Below are positions 1-8,486 of a stretch of 64,000 nt of DNA, piece by piece. A program made the position numbers and the translations under genes. Origin of the DNA: Candidatus Versatilivorator sp. (lineage in GTDB: Bacteria > Acidobacteriota > Terriglobia > Versatilivoradales > Versatilivoraceae); assembly GCA_965207735.1 (NCBI GenBank), contig OZ242296.1:832001-896000 (forward strand), read 5' to 3'. Below the pieces are notes generated by a model that worked only from the letters and a program-made list of their open reading frames with translations, was not told where the DNA came from and did no database searches. The stretch's first letter is position 1, and each line of letters begins with the position of its first letter.

Positions 1-40
1 AGTGAACCACCAATGAACACGAAATAGTCTATCGTGTTTG

Positions 41-421
41 CTACTTGGACCCCACTGACTTGCGGCCGGGGGCGGCCTGATAGAGGCGGTCGATTTTGGC
101 CGCCAGGATGAAGTCGTTCTGGCTCAGGCCGTCGATCTTGTGGGTGTAGATCTTGATGTCGACCTTGCCCCAGGCCAGGGCCAGGTCAGGGTGGTGCCAT
201 TCCCGCTCGGCGAGTTCGCCCACTCCGTTCACGAAGTCGAGGGCTGTCCTGAAATTCTTGAACCGGAAGCTCTTGACCAGGTGGTGCTCTTCCACGGCTT
301 CCCAGGCGTTTACTTCCTGCAGGAACTTCCCGATCGCTTTCCCTTTGAGTGGTGGAATCCCACCGCGGCAGGGAACGCAGTTCTTGTGGATCAAGCCGCC
401 GACTTCGGGTTTCGTGGTCAT
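41..421 (-). CDS. phhB: Pterin-4-alpha-carbinolamine dehydratase (4a-hydroxytetrahydrobiopterin dehydratase)
   Basis: Motifs F.FKNF, AE...HHPDL...WGKV, THKIDGLSQNDFILAAKID and an N-terminal CVPC. Start placed at the ATG at 421 inside the 41..514 ORF. Confidence 0.9.
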   Translation of the reverse strand: MTTKPEVGGLIHKNCVPCRGGIPPLKGKAIGKFLQEVNAWEAVEEHHLVKSFRFKNFRTALDFVNGVGELAEREWHHPDLALAWGKVDIKIYTHKIDGLSQNDFILAAKIDRLYQAAPGRKSVGSK

Positions 422-500
422 ACCCGCTCCTTCCGTCGCCCTCAGGGCGCTTTCCGCAGGGCCGGCTGCCGGTTTCCCCGGTCCCTCGCAGCCACTCTCC

Positions 501-980
501 TCACTCCGACTCAATCAAGGCCACCGCGTAGGCAGCGCATCCCTCTCCTTTTCCCAAAGGCCCCAGCCTCTCGTGGGTGGTCGCCTTGACGGATACCCGG
601 CCGGTTTCCAGGCCCAGCACCCCGGCGATGGCCTCCCTCATCCGGGGGACGTAGGCGGCAATCCTGGGAGCTTCCAGCACCACCGTCGCATCCAGGTTGA
701 CAACGGTGTAGTCATGAGTCTTGATCAGCCGGGCTACTTCTCTCAGGAAGTCCGCGCTGGGCGCATCCCGGAACCGCTCGTCGTTGTCCGGGAAATGGCT
801 GCCGATGTCGCCCAGCGCCGCCGCTCCCAGGAGCGCATCGCAGATGGCATGCAACAACACGTCGGCATCCGAGTGGCCCAGCAGTCCGCGCTCCCCGGGA
901 ATCTCAACTCCCCCGAGAATCAGGCTGCGTCCCGGCGAAAACGCGTGAATGTCGTACCCGAATCCAATGCGAGTCATCAA
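501..980 (-). CDS. ispF: 2-C-methyl-D-erythritol 2,4-cyclodiphosphate synthase
   Basis: RIGFGYDIHAF, LGHSDADVLLHAICDALLGA, GDIG.HFPD, VKATT.E.LG motifs. Confidence 0.97.
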   Translation of the reverse strand: MMTRIGFGYDIHAFSPGRSLILGGVEIPGERGLLGHSDADVLLHAICDALLGAAALGDIGSHFPDNDERFRDAPSADFLREVARLIKTHDYTVVNLDATVVLEAPRIAAYVPRMREAIAGVLGLETGRVSVKATTHERLGPLGKGEGCAAYAVALIESE

Positions 981-1258
981 TGTCGGATTTCAAAGTGGGT
1001 GTAGCTGTGCCGCCAAGCCCGCCATTCCATCCGGAGGTTGTCAACCCTGGCCGAATAGGGTCCCTTGCGTGCCTGTACCAACAGGGCCTCGATGAGGGCT
1101 CGCTCACCCTCGAGTTCAATCTCGACCTCTCCGCTGGATAGATTCCTGGTGAATCCGACCAGCCCCAGGCGGGAGGCGTGGCGATAGATGAAGAAGCGGA
1201 ATCCAACTCCCTGGACGGCGCCCCCAATTAGTATTCTGGCCCCGGCTTTCACAAGCAC
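977..1258 (-). CDS. acyP: Acylphosphatase
   Basis: G.VQGVGFR and G.TRNL..G.VE motifs; 93 aa. Confidence 0.9.
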   Translation of the reverse strand: MLVKAGARILIGGAVQGVGFRFFIYRHASRLGLVGFTRNLSSGEVEIELEGERALIEALLVQARKGPYSARVDNLRMEWRAWRHSYTHFEIRH

Positions 1259-1398
1259 CGAACATAGATTCTCCCCTGGGGAATGTCAATTCGGTATTTC
1301 GCCAATCTGCAAAAGTCGAGGCTTGCATTTTTTCTGGAATTTGATAGGTTTGCTGCATTCCGCGTTTCAATGATCCAAACCCAGCTAGGACGCCCAAG

Positions 1399-1869
1399 AT
1401 GAAAACCCAAATCAATGTTCGCATCAACGGACAAGAGCGCACCGACGAAGTCGAGCCTCGCCTGCTGTTGATCCACTATCTCCGCGAGGTCATCGGCCTC
1501 AAGGGGCCTCACATTGGATGTGAAACCTCCATCTGTGGCGCTTGCACGGTGGCTTTCAACGGAAAGACGGTCAAGTCTTGCGCCCTGTTGGCCGTACAAG
1601 CCGACGGCCAGGACATCGTGACGGTCGAAGGGCTGGCCACTGACGGGCAATTGCATCCGGTTCAGGAGGCCTTCTGGAACGAGCATGGCCTGCAATGCGG
1701 CTTTTGCACCCCCGGCATGCTGATGACTACCAGAGAGCTGATCGAGAGGAATCCCGAGCCGACCGATGAGGAGATACGCCACGGCCTGGAAGGCAACCTG
1801 TGTCGCTGCACGGGTTATCAGCACATCGTCAATGCAGTGAAATCTGCCGCAGCCAAGGTAGGAGGGTAA
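1399..1869 (+). CDS. coxS: CO dehydrogenase/xanthine dehydrogenase family small (2Fe-2S) subunit
   Basis: [12 protein letters not shown]...SC and QCGFCTPG...GNLCRCTGY 2Fe-2S motifs. Confidence 0.92.
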   Translation: MKTQINVRINGQERTDEVEPRLLLIHYLREVIGLKGPHIGCETSICGACTVAFNGKTVKSCALLAVQADGQDIVTVEGLATDGQLHPVQEAFWNEHGLQCGFCTPGMLMTTRELIERNPEPTDEEIRHGLEGNLCRCTGYQHIVNAVKSAAAKVGG

Positions 1870-1872
1870 GCG

Positions 1873-4209
1873 ATGGAGACGACCGTAACAAAGAAGATCG
1901 ACAAACTGGTTGGAAAACCCATCCGGCGGCGGGAGGACCCGAGGCTCATCACCGGCACCGCCACCTACGTGGAGGACATCGAGCTACCCGGTATGCACTA
2001 CGCCGCGGTGGTACGCAGCCCCCATCCGGCGGCCAATATCAAGAGCATCGACACCCAGGCGGCCGAACAGCACCCGGGCGTGGTGGCCGTTTACACCGGG
2101 AAGGATATTGACCACCTGGGAGCCGTTCCCTGTGGGATTTCCCTGCCTGACCTGAGGATCCCCCACCATCACCTGCTGGCCCAGGACCGCGTCTACTACG
2201 TGGGCCATCCCGTGGCCGTTGTGGTCGCCAGGGATCGTTATATCGTCGCCGACGCCGTGGACTTGGTGGAGGTGGAATACGAGCCTACGGACTCGGTATC
2301 AGATCCCGAGGAGGCACTGGAATCGGCCGCTCCCCCGGTCCACTCCGAGTGGCCCGACAACGTGGCCTTTACCCACCATCAGGAGGGTGGAGACATCGAG
2401 AAGGCCTTTGCGGAAGCCGACGTGATCGTCAAGGAGCGCATCGTCAGCCAGCGCCTGGCCCCGTCGGCCATGGAGCCCCGGGGCACAGTGGCCTCCTGGA
2501 ATTCAGGCGACGAGACGCTCACGGTCTACAGTTCGACTCAAATCCCTCACATCCTGAGAACTCTCATGGCAGGTGTGCTGGGTTTGCCCGAGCACAAACT
2601 GCGGGTGATAGCCCCGGAGGTCGGCGGCGGGTTTGGAAGCAAGTGCGAGCTCTATCCCGAGGAAGCCCTGACGGCCTTCATCGCCATGAAGATCGGCAAG
2701 CCGGTCAAGTGGGTCCTGACGCGGCGCGACGAGTTTCTGGCCACCATTCACGGCCGGGGCCACGTCGACTTCTACGAACTGGCCGCCAAGAAGGACGGCA
2801 CCATGCTGGGACTCAAGGTCAAGATCATTCAGGATGTGGGGTCCTTCCACATGCTGTTGACGCCGGCCATGCCCACCCTCTCGGTGCTGATGTTGCCTGG
2901 CCTGTACCGGTTCAAGAATGTCAACGCCGACGTGGTGGGAGTCTTCACCCACAGGATGGCCACCGATCTCTATCGGGGCGCGGGCCGGCCCGAAGCCACC
3001 CACGGGATTGAGCGCATGGTGGAAGTTCTGGCCGCCGAACTAAAGATGGACCCGGTGGAACTGCGAATCAAGAACTTCGTTCCACCCAGCGACTTCCCCT
3101 ACGACACTCCCATGGGAGTCTCCTATGACAGCGGCAACTACGCGGCCATTCTGGAGAAGGCCGTGGAGACGGTCGGCTACTCTCAACTGCGGCAGGAGCA
3201 GCAGGAGGCCCGCCGACAGGGCCGTCTGATGGGGATCGGCATCGCGACCTACGGCGAAATCTGCGCCTTCGGCCCCTCTCCCGCTCTGCCCACCGGGGGT
3301 TGGGAGAGCGCTACCGTCAAGATCGAACCTTCCGGGCAGGTCACCGTTATGACGGGCACGTCCCCCCACGGCCAGGGGACGCAAACCACCTTCAGCCAGA
3401 TTGCGGCCGACGAGCTGGGGGTGGACATCAACGACATTGTGGTGGCCCACGGGGATACGTCCACGGTGCAGCACGGAGTGGGCACCTTCGGCAGCCGCAA
3501 CACCTCCGTTGGAGGAACAGCCCTGGTCCTGGCCATTCGGGAACTCAAGGAGAAGATCGAAACCTATGGCGCCATGTTGCTCGAGTCCGACGACGTGACT
3601 TACGCCGCCGGCGCCTGCACTTGCAACAAGACCGGAAAGACCGTCACCCTGGGCGAAATCGCGATGACCAGCTGGACCGGTCCCACTTACCCCGCCAATA
3701 CACAGCCTGGACTGGTTGCAACCAACTACTGGGAACCCCCCAACTTTGCCTTCCCCTTCGGGGCTCACATCGTGGTGAGCGAAGTCGATCCGGACACGGG
3801 TGAAGTGGCCATCAAGCGCTACCTGGCGGTGGATGACTGCGGAAAGGTCATCAATCCCCTGCTGGTGGACGGCCAGGTGCACGGCGGCGTCGCCCAAGGC
3901 CTGGGACAGGCGCTTTACGAGCAGGTGGTCTACGATGACGTGGGTCAGCTCGTCACCGGGGAATACATGGACTACGCCCTGCCCAAGGCCGCCATGGTGC
4001 CGACCATCGAAACCGACCGCACCGAAACTCCCTCCCCGGTGAATCCTCTGGGCGTCAAGGGTGTCGGCGAAGCGGGCACCATCGCAGCCTCCCCCGCCGT
4101 GGTAAATTCGGTGGTGGACGCTCTTTCCCACCTGGGGGTTCGGCATATCAACATGCCTCTGACCCCGGAAAAAATCTGGAAACTTGTTCAGCAAGGAGGT
4201 TCAGCGTGA
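1873..4209 (+). CDS. coxL: Molybdopterin-binding large subunit, xanthine oxidase/CODH family (form II CoxL-like)
   Basis: RREDPRL, GGGFGSK, YRGAGRPEA, GTFGSR, GQVHGG.AQG, KG.GEAG motifs. The loop is LYRGAGR, not the form-I AYxCSFR. Confidence 0.85.
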   Translation: METTVTKKIDKLVGKPIRRREDPRLITGTATYVEDIELPGMHYAAVVRSPHPAANIKSIDTQAAEQHPGVVAVYTGKDIDHLGAVPCGISLPDLRIPHHHLLAQDRVYYVGHPVAVVVARDRYIVADAVDLVEVEYEPTDSVSDPEEALESAAPPVHSEWPDNVAFTHHQEGGDIEKAFAEADVIVKERIVSQRLAPSAMEPRGTVASWNSGDETLTVYSSTQIPHILRTLMAGVLGLPEHKLRVIAPEVGGGFGSKCELYPEEALTAFIAMKIGKPVKWVLTRRDEFLATIHGRGHVDFYELAAKKDGTMLGLKVKIIQDVGSFHMLLTPAMPTLSVLMLPGLYRFKNVNADVVGVFTHRMATDLYRGAGRPEATHGIERMVEVLAAELKMDPVELRIKNFVPPSDFPYDTPMGVSYDSGNYAAILEKAVETVGYSQLRQEQQEARRQGRLMGIGIATYGEICAFGPSPALPTGGWESATVKIEPSGQVTVMTGTSPHGQGTQTTFSQIAADELGVDINDIVVAHGDTSTVQHGVGTFGSRNTSVGGTALVLAIRELKEKIETYGAMLLESDDVTYAAGACTCNKTGKTVTLGEIAMTSWTGPTYPANTQPGLVATNYWEPPNFAFPFGAHIVVSEVDPDTGEVAIKRYLAVDDCGKVINPLLVDGQVHGGVAQGLGQALYEQVVYDDVGQLVTGEYMDYALPKAAMVPTIETDRTETPSPVNPLGVKGVGEAGTIAASPAVVNSVVDALSHLGVRHINMPLTPEKIWKLVQQGGSA

Positions 4210-5051
4210 TTCCCCAGGAATTCAATTATTCCAGACCCGGAACGGTGCAGGAAGCCGTCGACCTGCTGGCCGACAACGACGCCAAAGTGCTGGCAGGGGG
4301 CATGAGCCTGATCCCCCTGATGAAGCTGCGGCTCTCCGCTCCCGAACACCTTGTCGACCTGGGCCGCATTCCCGACTTGACTCGGATTACGGAGAATGGA
4401 GGAAGCCTGCATCTGGGGGCCCTGCTTACCCACCACCAAGTGGCCACCTCGGCCCTGGTTCAGGAGAAGTGCCCCCTTATCGCCGAGACCGCCGCCCATA
4501 TCGGGGACGCCCAGGTGCGGAACATGGGTACCTTGGGCGGCAGCGCCGCCCACGCCGATCCTGCCGCCGATTATCCGGCGGCTCTTTGCGCCCTGGAGGC
4601 CAAGGTCAGGCTGGTTCGAAGGAATTCGGAACGCTTGGTGGACATCGGGGATTTCTTCGTGGATGCCCTCACCACGGACGTCGAGCCCGACGAGATCATC
4701 ACCGAGCTCATCCTGCCCGTTGAAGAGCCTGGCACCGGCGTCAGCTACCAGAAGCTGCGCCAACCGGCATCGGGCTTTGCCATCGTGGGAGTTGCGGCGC
4801 GGGTGCGAACCTCCGGCGGGAAGATCTCCATGGCTCGAATCGGTGTGACCGGACTGGGCGCCACCGCCTACCGGGCTACCGGGGTGGAGGCGCTGCTGGA
4901 GGGCTCTGAGGGTTCCCAAGACGACGTCGCCAAGGCTTCCGCCGCGGTGGACGAGGGGGTCGACGCCCTTTCGGATCTGCACGCCTCCAGCGACTATCGC
5001 AGGCACGTGGCCCGCGTCTACACCGCTCGCGCCATCCAGGCCGCGTTGTAG
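4206..5051 (+). CDS. coxM: FAD-binding medium subunit, CODH/xanthine dehydrogenase family
   Basis: LAGGMSLIP.MKLR and IGD.QVRN.GTLGG..AH.DPAAD; overlaps the coxL stop (GTGA). Confidence 0.9.
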   Translation: MIPQEFNYSRPGTVQEAVDLLADNDAKVLAGGMSLIPLMKLRLSAPEHLVDLGRIPDLTRITENGGSLHLGALLTHHQVATSALVQEKCPLIAETAAHIGDAQVRNMGTLGGSAAHADPAADYPAALCALEAKVRLVRRNSERLVDIGDFFVDALTTDVEPDEIITELILPVEEPGTGVSYQKLRQPASGFAIVGVAARVRTSGGKISMARIGVTGLGATAYRATGVEALLEGSEGSQDDVAKASAAVDEGVDALSDLHASSDYRRHVARVYTARAIQAAL

Positions 5052-5059
5052 GGGGCCCA

Positions 5060-5506
5060 TTGAAAATCAGCGGATCCCGTCTCCTTGCCGTGGACCAGGA
5101 GGAGTGTTACCGGTTGCTGCAGGACCCACGCGTACTGGAGCAATGCATGCCCGGCTGCCGGAGCCTGGTCCAGGTGGGCGAAAATACCTATGCCATGAAG
5201 ATGAAGATGGCTCTGGCCAGCATTTCCGGCCTCTTCGACGGCAAGGTTCGCATTGCCGACCGCAACTCCCCCAACAGCTTTCGCCTCCTGGTTGAAGGAT
5301 CCGGCAGAATCGGCTTCCTGAAGGGAGACGGCCTGCTGCAGTTGACCCCCGAAAAGGATGGAACGTCCATTGGCTATGAGGGAGAGGTGCGGGTGGGAGG
5401 CACCATCTCGGCCGTGGGGCAGCGGCTGCTGGACACGACCTCCAAGATGATGATCAAGCGTTTCTTCGACAAGTTGGCAAGCACCCTGCCCAATGTTGAG
5501 AGCTAA
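5060..5506 (+). CDS. coxG: CoxG / SRPBCC family accessory protein
   Basis: LQDP.VL..CMPGC and GG.ISAVGQRL motifs; directly follows coxSLM. Confidence 0.85.
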   Translation: MKISGSRLLAVDQEECYRLLQDPRVLEQCMPGCRSLVQVGENTYAMKMKMALASISGLFDGKVRIADRNSPNSFRLLVEGSGRIGFLKGDGLLQLTPEKDGTSIGYEGEVRVGGTISAVGQRLLDTTSKMMIKRFFDKLASTLPNVES

Positions 5507-5641
5507 GCACCGGGTTTGCCGCCTTGACTTCCTGCCAACGAGTCATACCGTTCCCTCAGACGAAGCTTTCCCCGCGACTGAAAGACCGATTGCTTCCGCT
5601 CGTTTTGGTTTTCGGGTAGTCCAATACGCTGAGCCTGTACC

Positions 5642-6673
5642 TTAGCCCGCATTTCTCACCAGGGGGCATGTGCGCGCTGAAGGGAAAAAGACAAGCCAGG
5701 GCATGCCCAGCGCCGTCTGTTACCCGCAAGCCCTTACCATAGAGCCAATCAACGTACTGAAGATAAACTACTGCACCAGCGACTTGGGTAGAGTCGAGGA
5801 CTGGCGCGTTGACTATAGGGTCCGGTGGCTATTCCGTCGCTTTCGCTTCGGGCCTCAGTCCGGCTCCCTTATCACGTTTCCAGTCCCCGCTCTCCGAACC
5901 GGACGTGCGGTTTTCCCGCATCTCGGCTCTCCAGTGGGATCATGCGTCTCGCACACAGGTCCCCGCTCGCATCCGTGGACGACTCCTATGGGATTGGCAC
6001 CCGTCCCCCACTCCATCCACTTCCGCTCCCGGGTTGCCGCCAGGCCTGTTGATGCCCTGACGACGCCGTCCTCCTCCGACGACCCTTTCACTTTTGCATG
6101 TGATGCTTCCGGAGTCTCCGGCCCTTTTTTGGTCGGGGTTTCAGGCTTTCGCCACTCCCGGGACCCTTCCCCCTTCGGTCACCGCTCCTCACCTGAGGCC
6201 CCTTCCCTCCACCGGTATTACCCGGCTTCTCCGGTACTACAGGCCTCTCCGCCACCCTGTCGGCCTAGACTGACTCTCGCGAGCTTCCGGTTCGGTGCGT
6301 GCCTCACCACCCACAGGGCTTCCCATGTTGCTGCCTTCTTCCCCTTCCATGCGTGCCAGCGCCACTACCCCGGCGGGTCCAAAGGGGTGCCCGCGTCGCT
6401 CGCTTCCCCCTCCGTCTTCGGCCTTCCCCATTTCTCAGGTGGGTCGGCCCCCGCATTGCCCGTTTCGAGGCCTGCTCGACGTTCACTCGCGTTCCGGCCC
6501 GCATGCTCGCTGAACCGCCTTAAGCGGCCCTTTGACACCAGAGGGCTTCAGACCATATCGTTACCTCCATGATCCGCCCTGGCTGCTACCAACCGGAGCG
6601 ACAGTTGTTGGACGGGTTTCGCACCCGTTGGAAGAAGGCGCCTTTCCATGGCGCACTGAGAAATGCGGGCTAG
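5642..6673. mobile_element. MITE-like non-autonomous element (~160 bp once the intron is removed) with 19-bp TIRs TAGCCCGCATTTCTCACCA; right TIR split by a group II intron
   Basis: Left TIR at 5643-5661. Right TIR is 6657-6672 plus 5785-5787 (minus strand) and becomes identical for 19 bp after excising 5788-6656. Flanking (G)TACC duplication at 5637-5641 and at 8257-8261 (after removing the IS). Confidence 0.75.
5788..6656 (-). ncRNA. ORF-less group II intron (IIB-like ribozyme, 869 nt)
   Basis: 5' end GUGCG at 6656. 34-nt domain V GAGCCGAGAUGCGGGAAAACCGCACGUCCGGUUC (5929-5896) with AGC triad. Domain VI GGGACUGG...CCAGUCCUCGACUCUAC ending in AC. Typical domain III (GGCGGAGAGGCCUGUAGUACC...GGAGGGAAGGGGCCUCA). 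EBS1 loop UGAGAAA (6437-6431) and EBS2 AUGCGGG (6456-6450) are complementary to the 5' exon. Domain IV is only ~260 nt with no RT ORF. Confidence 0.92.
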
Positions 6674-8253
6674 GAGTCTGCGCCGCAGAAAACCCGGGCA
6701 GGGCTGAATGATACAATAACGGGCTTAGAGACATCATAGGAGGTGGTGGATGGGGACAAGGTTTCGCCCGTATCAGCCGAAGCAACTGTTGATGTTGCCG
6801 CCGGACCTGGGGGAGTGGGTACCGGAAGGGCACTTGGCCCATCAGGTGAGTGAGTTGGTGGATGGGCTGGAGTTGAGAGCGTTTTACCGGCCCTATGAAG
6901 AGGACGGGAGGCGCAACTCGCCCTACGAGCCGCGGATGATGGTGAAGGTGTTGATTTACGCCTATGCGACAGGGGTGTTCTCGTCGCGCAAGATCGCGAG
7001 GAAGCTGGAGGAAGACGTGGCGTTTCGGATGCTGGCGGCGGGGAACTTTCCGCAGCATCGGACGTTGTGCGAGTTTCGCCGCCGGCATTTGAAGGACTTC
7101 AAGCAGCTGTTCGTACAGGTGGTGAGCTTGGCGCGGGAGATGGGGATGGTGGGGTTGGGGCGATTGGGGATCGACGGGACGAAGGTGCGGGCGAACGCGA
7201 GCCGGCGCAAGGCGATGAGCTATGGTCGGATGAAGGAGCGGGAGCGGCAACTGAAGGCAGAGATCCATGAGTTGTTGAAGAAGGCGCGGCGGGAGGACCG
7301 GGAGGAAGATGAGCGGTACGGGGAAGACCGGCGTGGGGATGAGTTGCCCGAGGAGTTGCGGCGGCGGGAGGACCGGCTGGCGGCGATCGAGGCGGCCAAG
7401 CAGCGGCTGGAGGCGGCCCAGCGGGAGGCCGATGAGGAGCGGGGGCGCAAACCGGGACAGGACCGCAACCCGAAAGCACGACGGCCCTACAAGCGGGCCT
7501 ACGGAGAACCGGAGGAGAAGGCGCAGAGTAATTTCACCGATCCGGAAAGCCGGATCATGAAGACTTCCACCGAGGGGTTCCAGCAGTGCTACAACGCGCA
7601 GGTGGCGGTGGACGGAGAGCACCAGATCATTGTGGCCACCGAGGTAACGGCGCAGGCGAGCGATCAGGGGCAGATGATGGAGTTGCTGGAGGAGGTGGAG
7701 GAGAGCTTCCAGGAGATACCGAAACAGGTGCTGGCGGATGCGGGCTACTGCAATGAGGAGGACTTGCAGGCCCTGGAAGAGAGAGGAGTGGACGGTTATG
7801 TTGCGCTGGGGCGCGAGGGGAAGCGGGCGGTAGAGATCGATCCCAGGAAGCATCCGGCCAAGAGTCGTATGAGGAAGAAGCTGGCCAGCCTAGCCGGTCA
7901 GGTGGAGTATCGGCGGAGGAAGTGGATTGCCGAAGCCCCTCATGGGTGGATCAAGGAGGGGCTGGGATTCCGACGGTTCAGTCTGCGGGGCTTGCAATCA
8001 GTGCAGGGGGAGTGGGACTTGGTGTGTCTGGCCCTCAACATCAAGAGGATGAGTGCGTTGATGGCGGCCTGAAGCAAGGGATTTCCACCCAATACCCAGG
8101 GCCACGGAGGTCCTCAACCGCCCATTGTGGGAGCCCACAGGACGCTTGAGACTCTATCAACGCCCAAGTGGCTCCCAAGCACTCCTTGGAACCGGCCTTG
8201 CGCAGTAGCCTCTCGCTCTTGAACTTTCCGAAATCGTCCTGCGGCGCAGACTC
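6674..8253 (+). mobile_element. IS1182-family insertion sequence, 1580 bp
   Basis: Perfect 15-bp TIRs GAGTCTGCGCCGCAG (6674-6688 / 8239-8253), 4-bp CTAG target duplication (6670-6673 / 8254-8257), single transposase ORF. Confidence 0.93.
6750..8072 (+). CDS. IS1182 family DDE transposase
   Basis: Q..LLPPDL.EW.PE.HLA, Y.P.MMVKVLIY.YA.G..SSRKI, IDGTK.RANAS, NFTDPESRIMK, YN.Q, LADAGY, YRRRK...E...G.IK...GFRRF..RGL..V..EW; GGAGG RBS. Confidence 0.95.
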   Translation: MGTRFRPYQPKQLLMLPPDLGEWVPEGHLAHQVSELVDGLELRAFYRPYEEDGRRNSPYEPRMMVKVLIYAYATGVFSSRKIARKLEEDVAFRMLAAGNFPQHRTLCEFRRRHLKDFKQLFVQVVSLAREMGMVGLGRLGIDGTKVRANASRRKAMSYGRMKERERQLKAEIHELLKKARREDREEDERYGEDRRGDELPEELRRREDRLAAIEAAKQRLEAAQREADEERGRKPGQDRNPKARRPYKRAYGEPEEKAQSNFTDPESRIMKTSTEGFQQCYNAQVAVDGEHQIIVATEVTAQASDQGQMMELLEEVEESFQEIPKQVLADAGYCNEEDLQALEERGVDGYVALGREGKRAVEIDPRKHPAKSRMRKKLASLAGQVEYRRRKWIAEAPHGWIKEGLGFRRFSLRGLQSVQGEWDLVCLALNIKRMSALMAA

Positions 8254-8436
8254 CTAGTACCGAAAGGCCTTCGGAAGCTGTGCGTCCGGCCTCTTCAGCA
8301 GAATATTCCGTGAAAGATTAGCGGTTTGGAGATCCTCGGGCAAACTGCAGATGGAACATCCGAACGCTTGGCGGCAACACCCTGATCCAACCCGACTTTG
8401 CCTTCTTGCTATAGCGGGAAGAATCAAGGCAACGAC

Positions 8437-8468
8437 AAAGCCGCCTGTCGATACTCCGACAGGCGGCT
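8437..8468 (-). terminator. Putative intrinsic terminator downstream of atpE
   Basis: 12-bp perfect stem AGCCGCCTGTCG / CGACAGGCGGCT with a short T tail on the minus strand, ~18 nt after the atpE stop. Confidence 0.6.
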
Positions 8469-8486
8469 GGAGATCATCCGCAAAAA

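Noticed and set aside
1873-4209. Bona fide aerobic CO dehydrogenase (form I)
   Set aside because: Lacks the Cu-binding Cys loop AYxCSFR, and the gene order is S-L-M.
5670-6572. 300-aa plus-strand ORF and small minus-strand ORFs
   Set aside because: They overlap the group II intron ribozyme, have no RT (YADD) or other motifs, and are low-complexity Pro/Ser/Arg; chance ORFs in GC-rich structured RNA.
6561-7853. 430-aa minus-strand ORF
   Set aside because: Antisense shadow of the IS1182 transposase.
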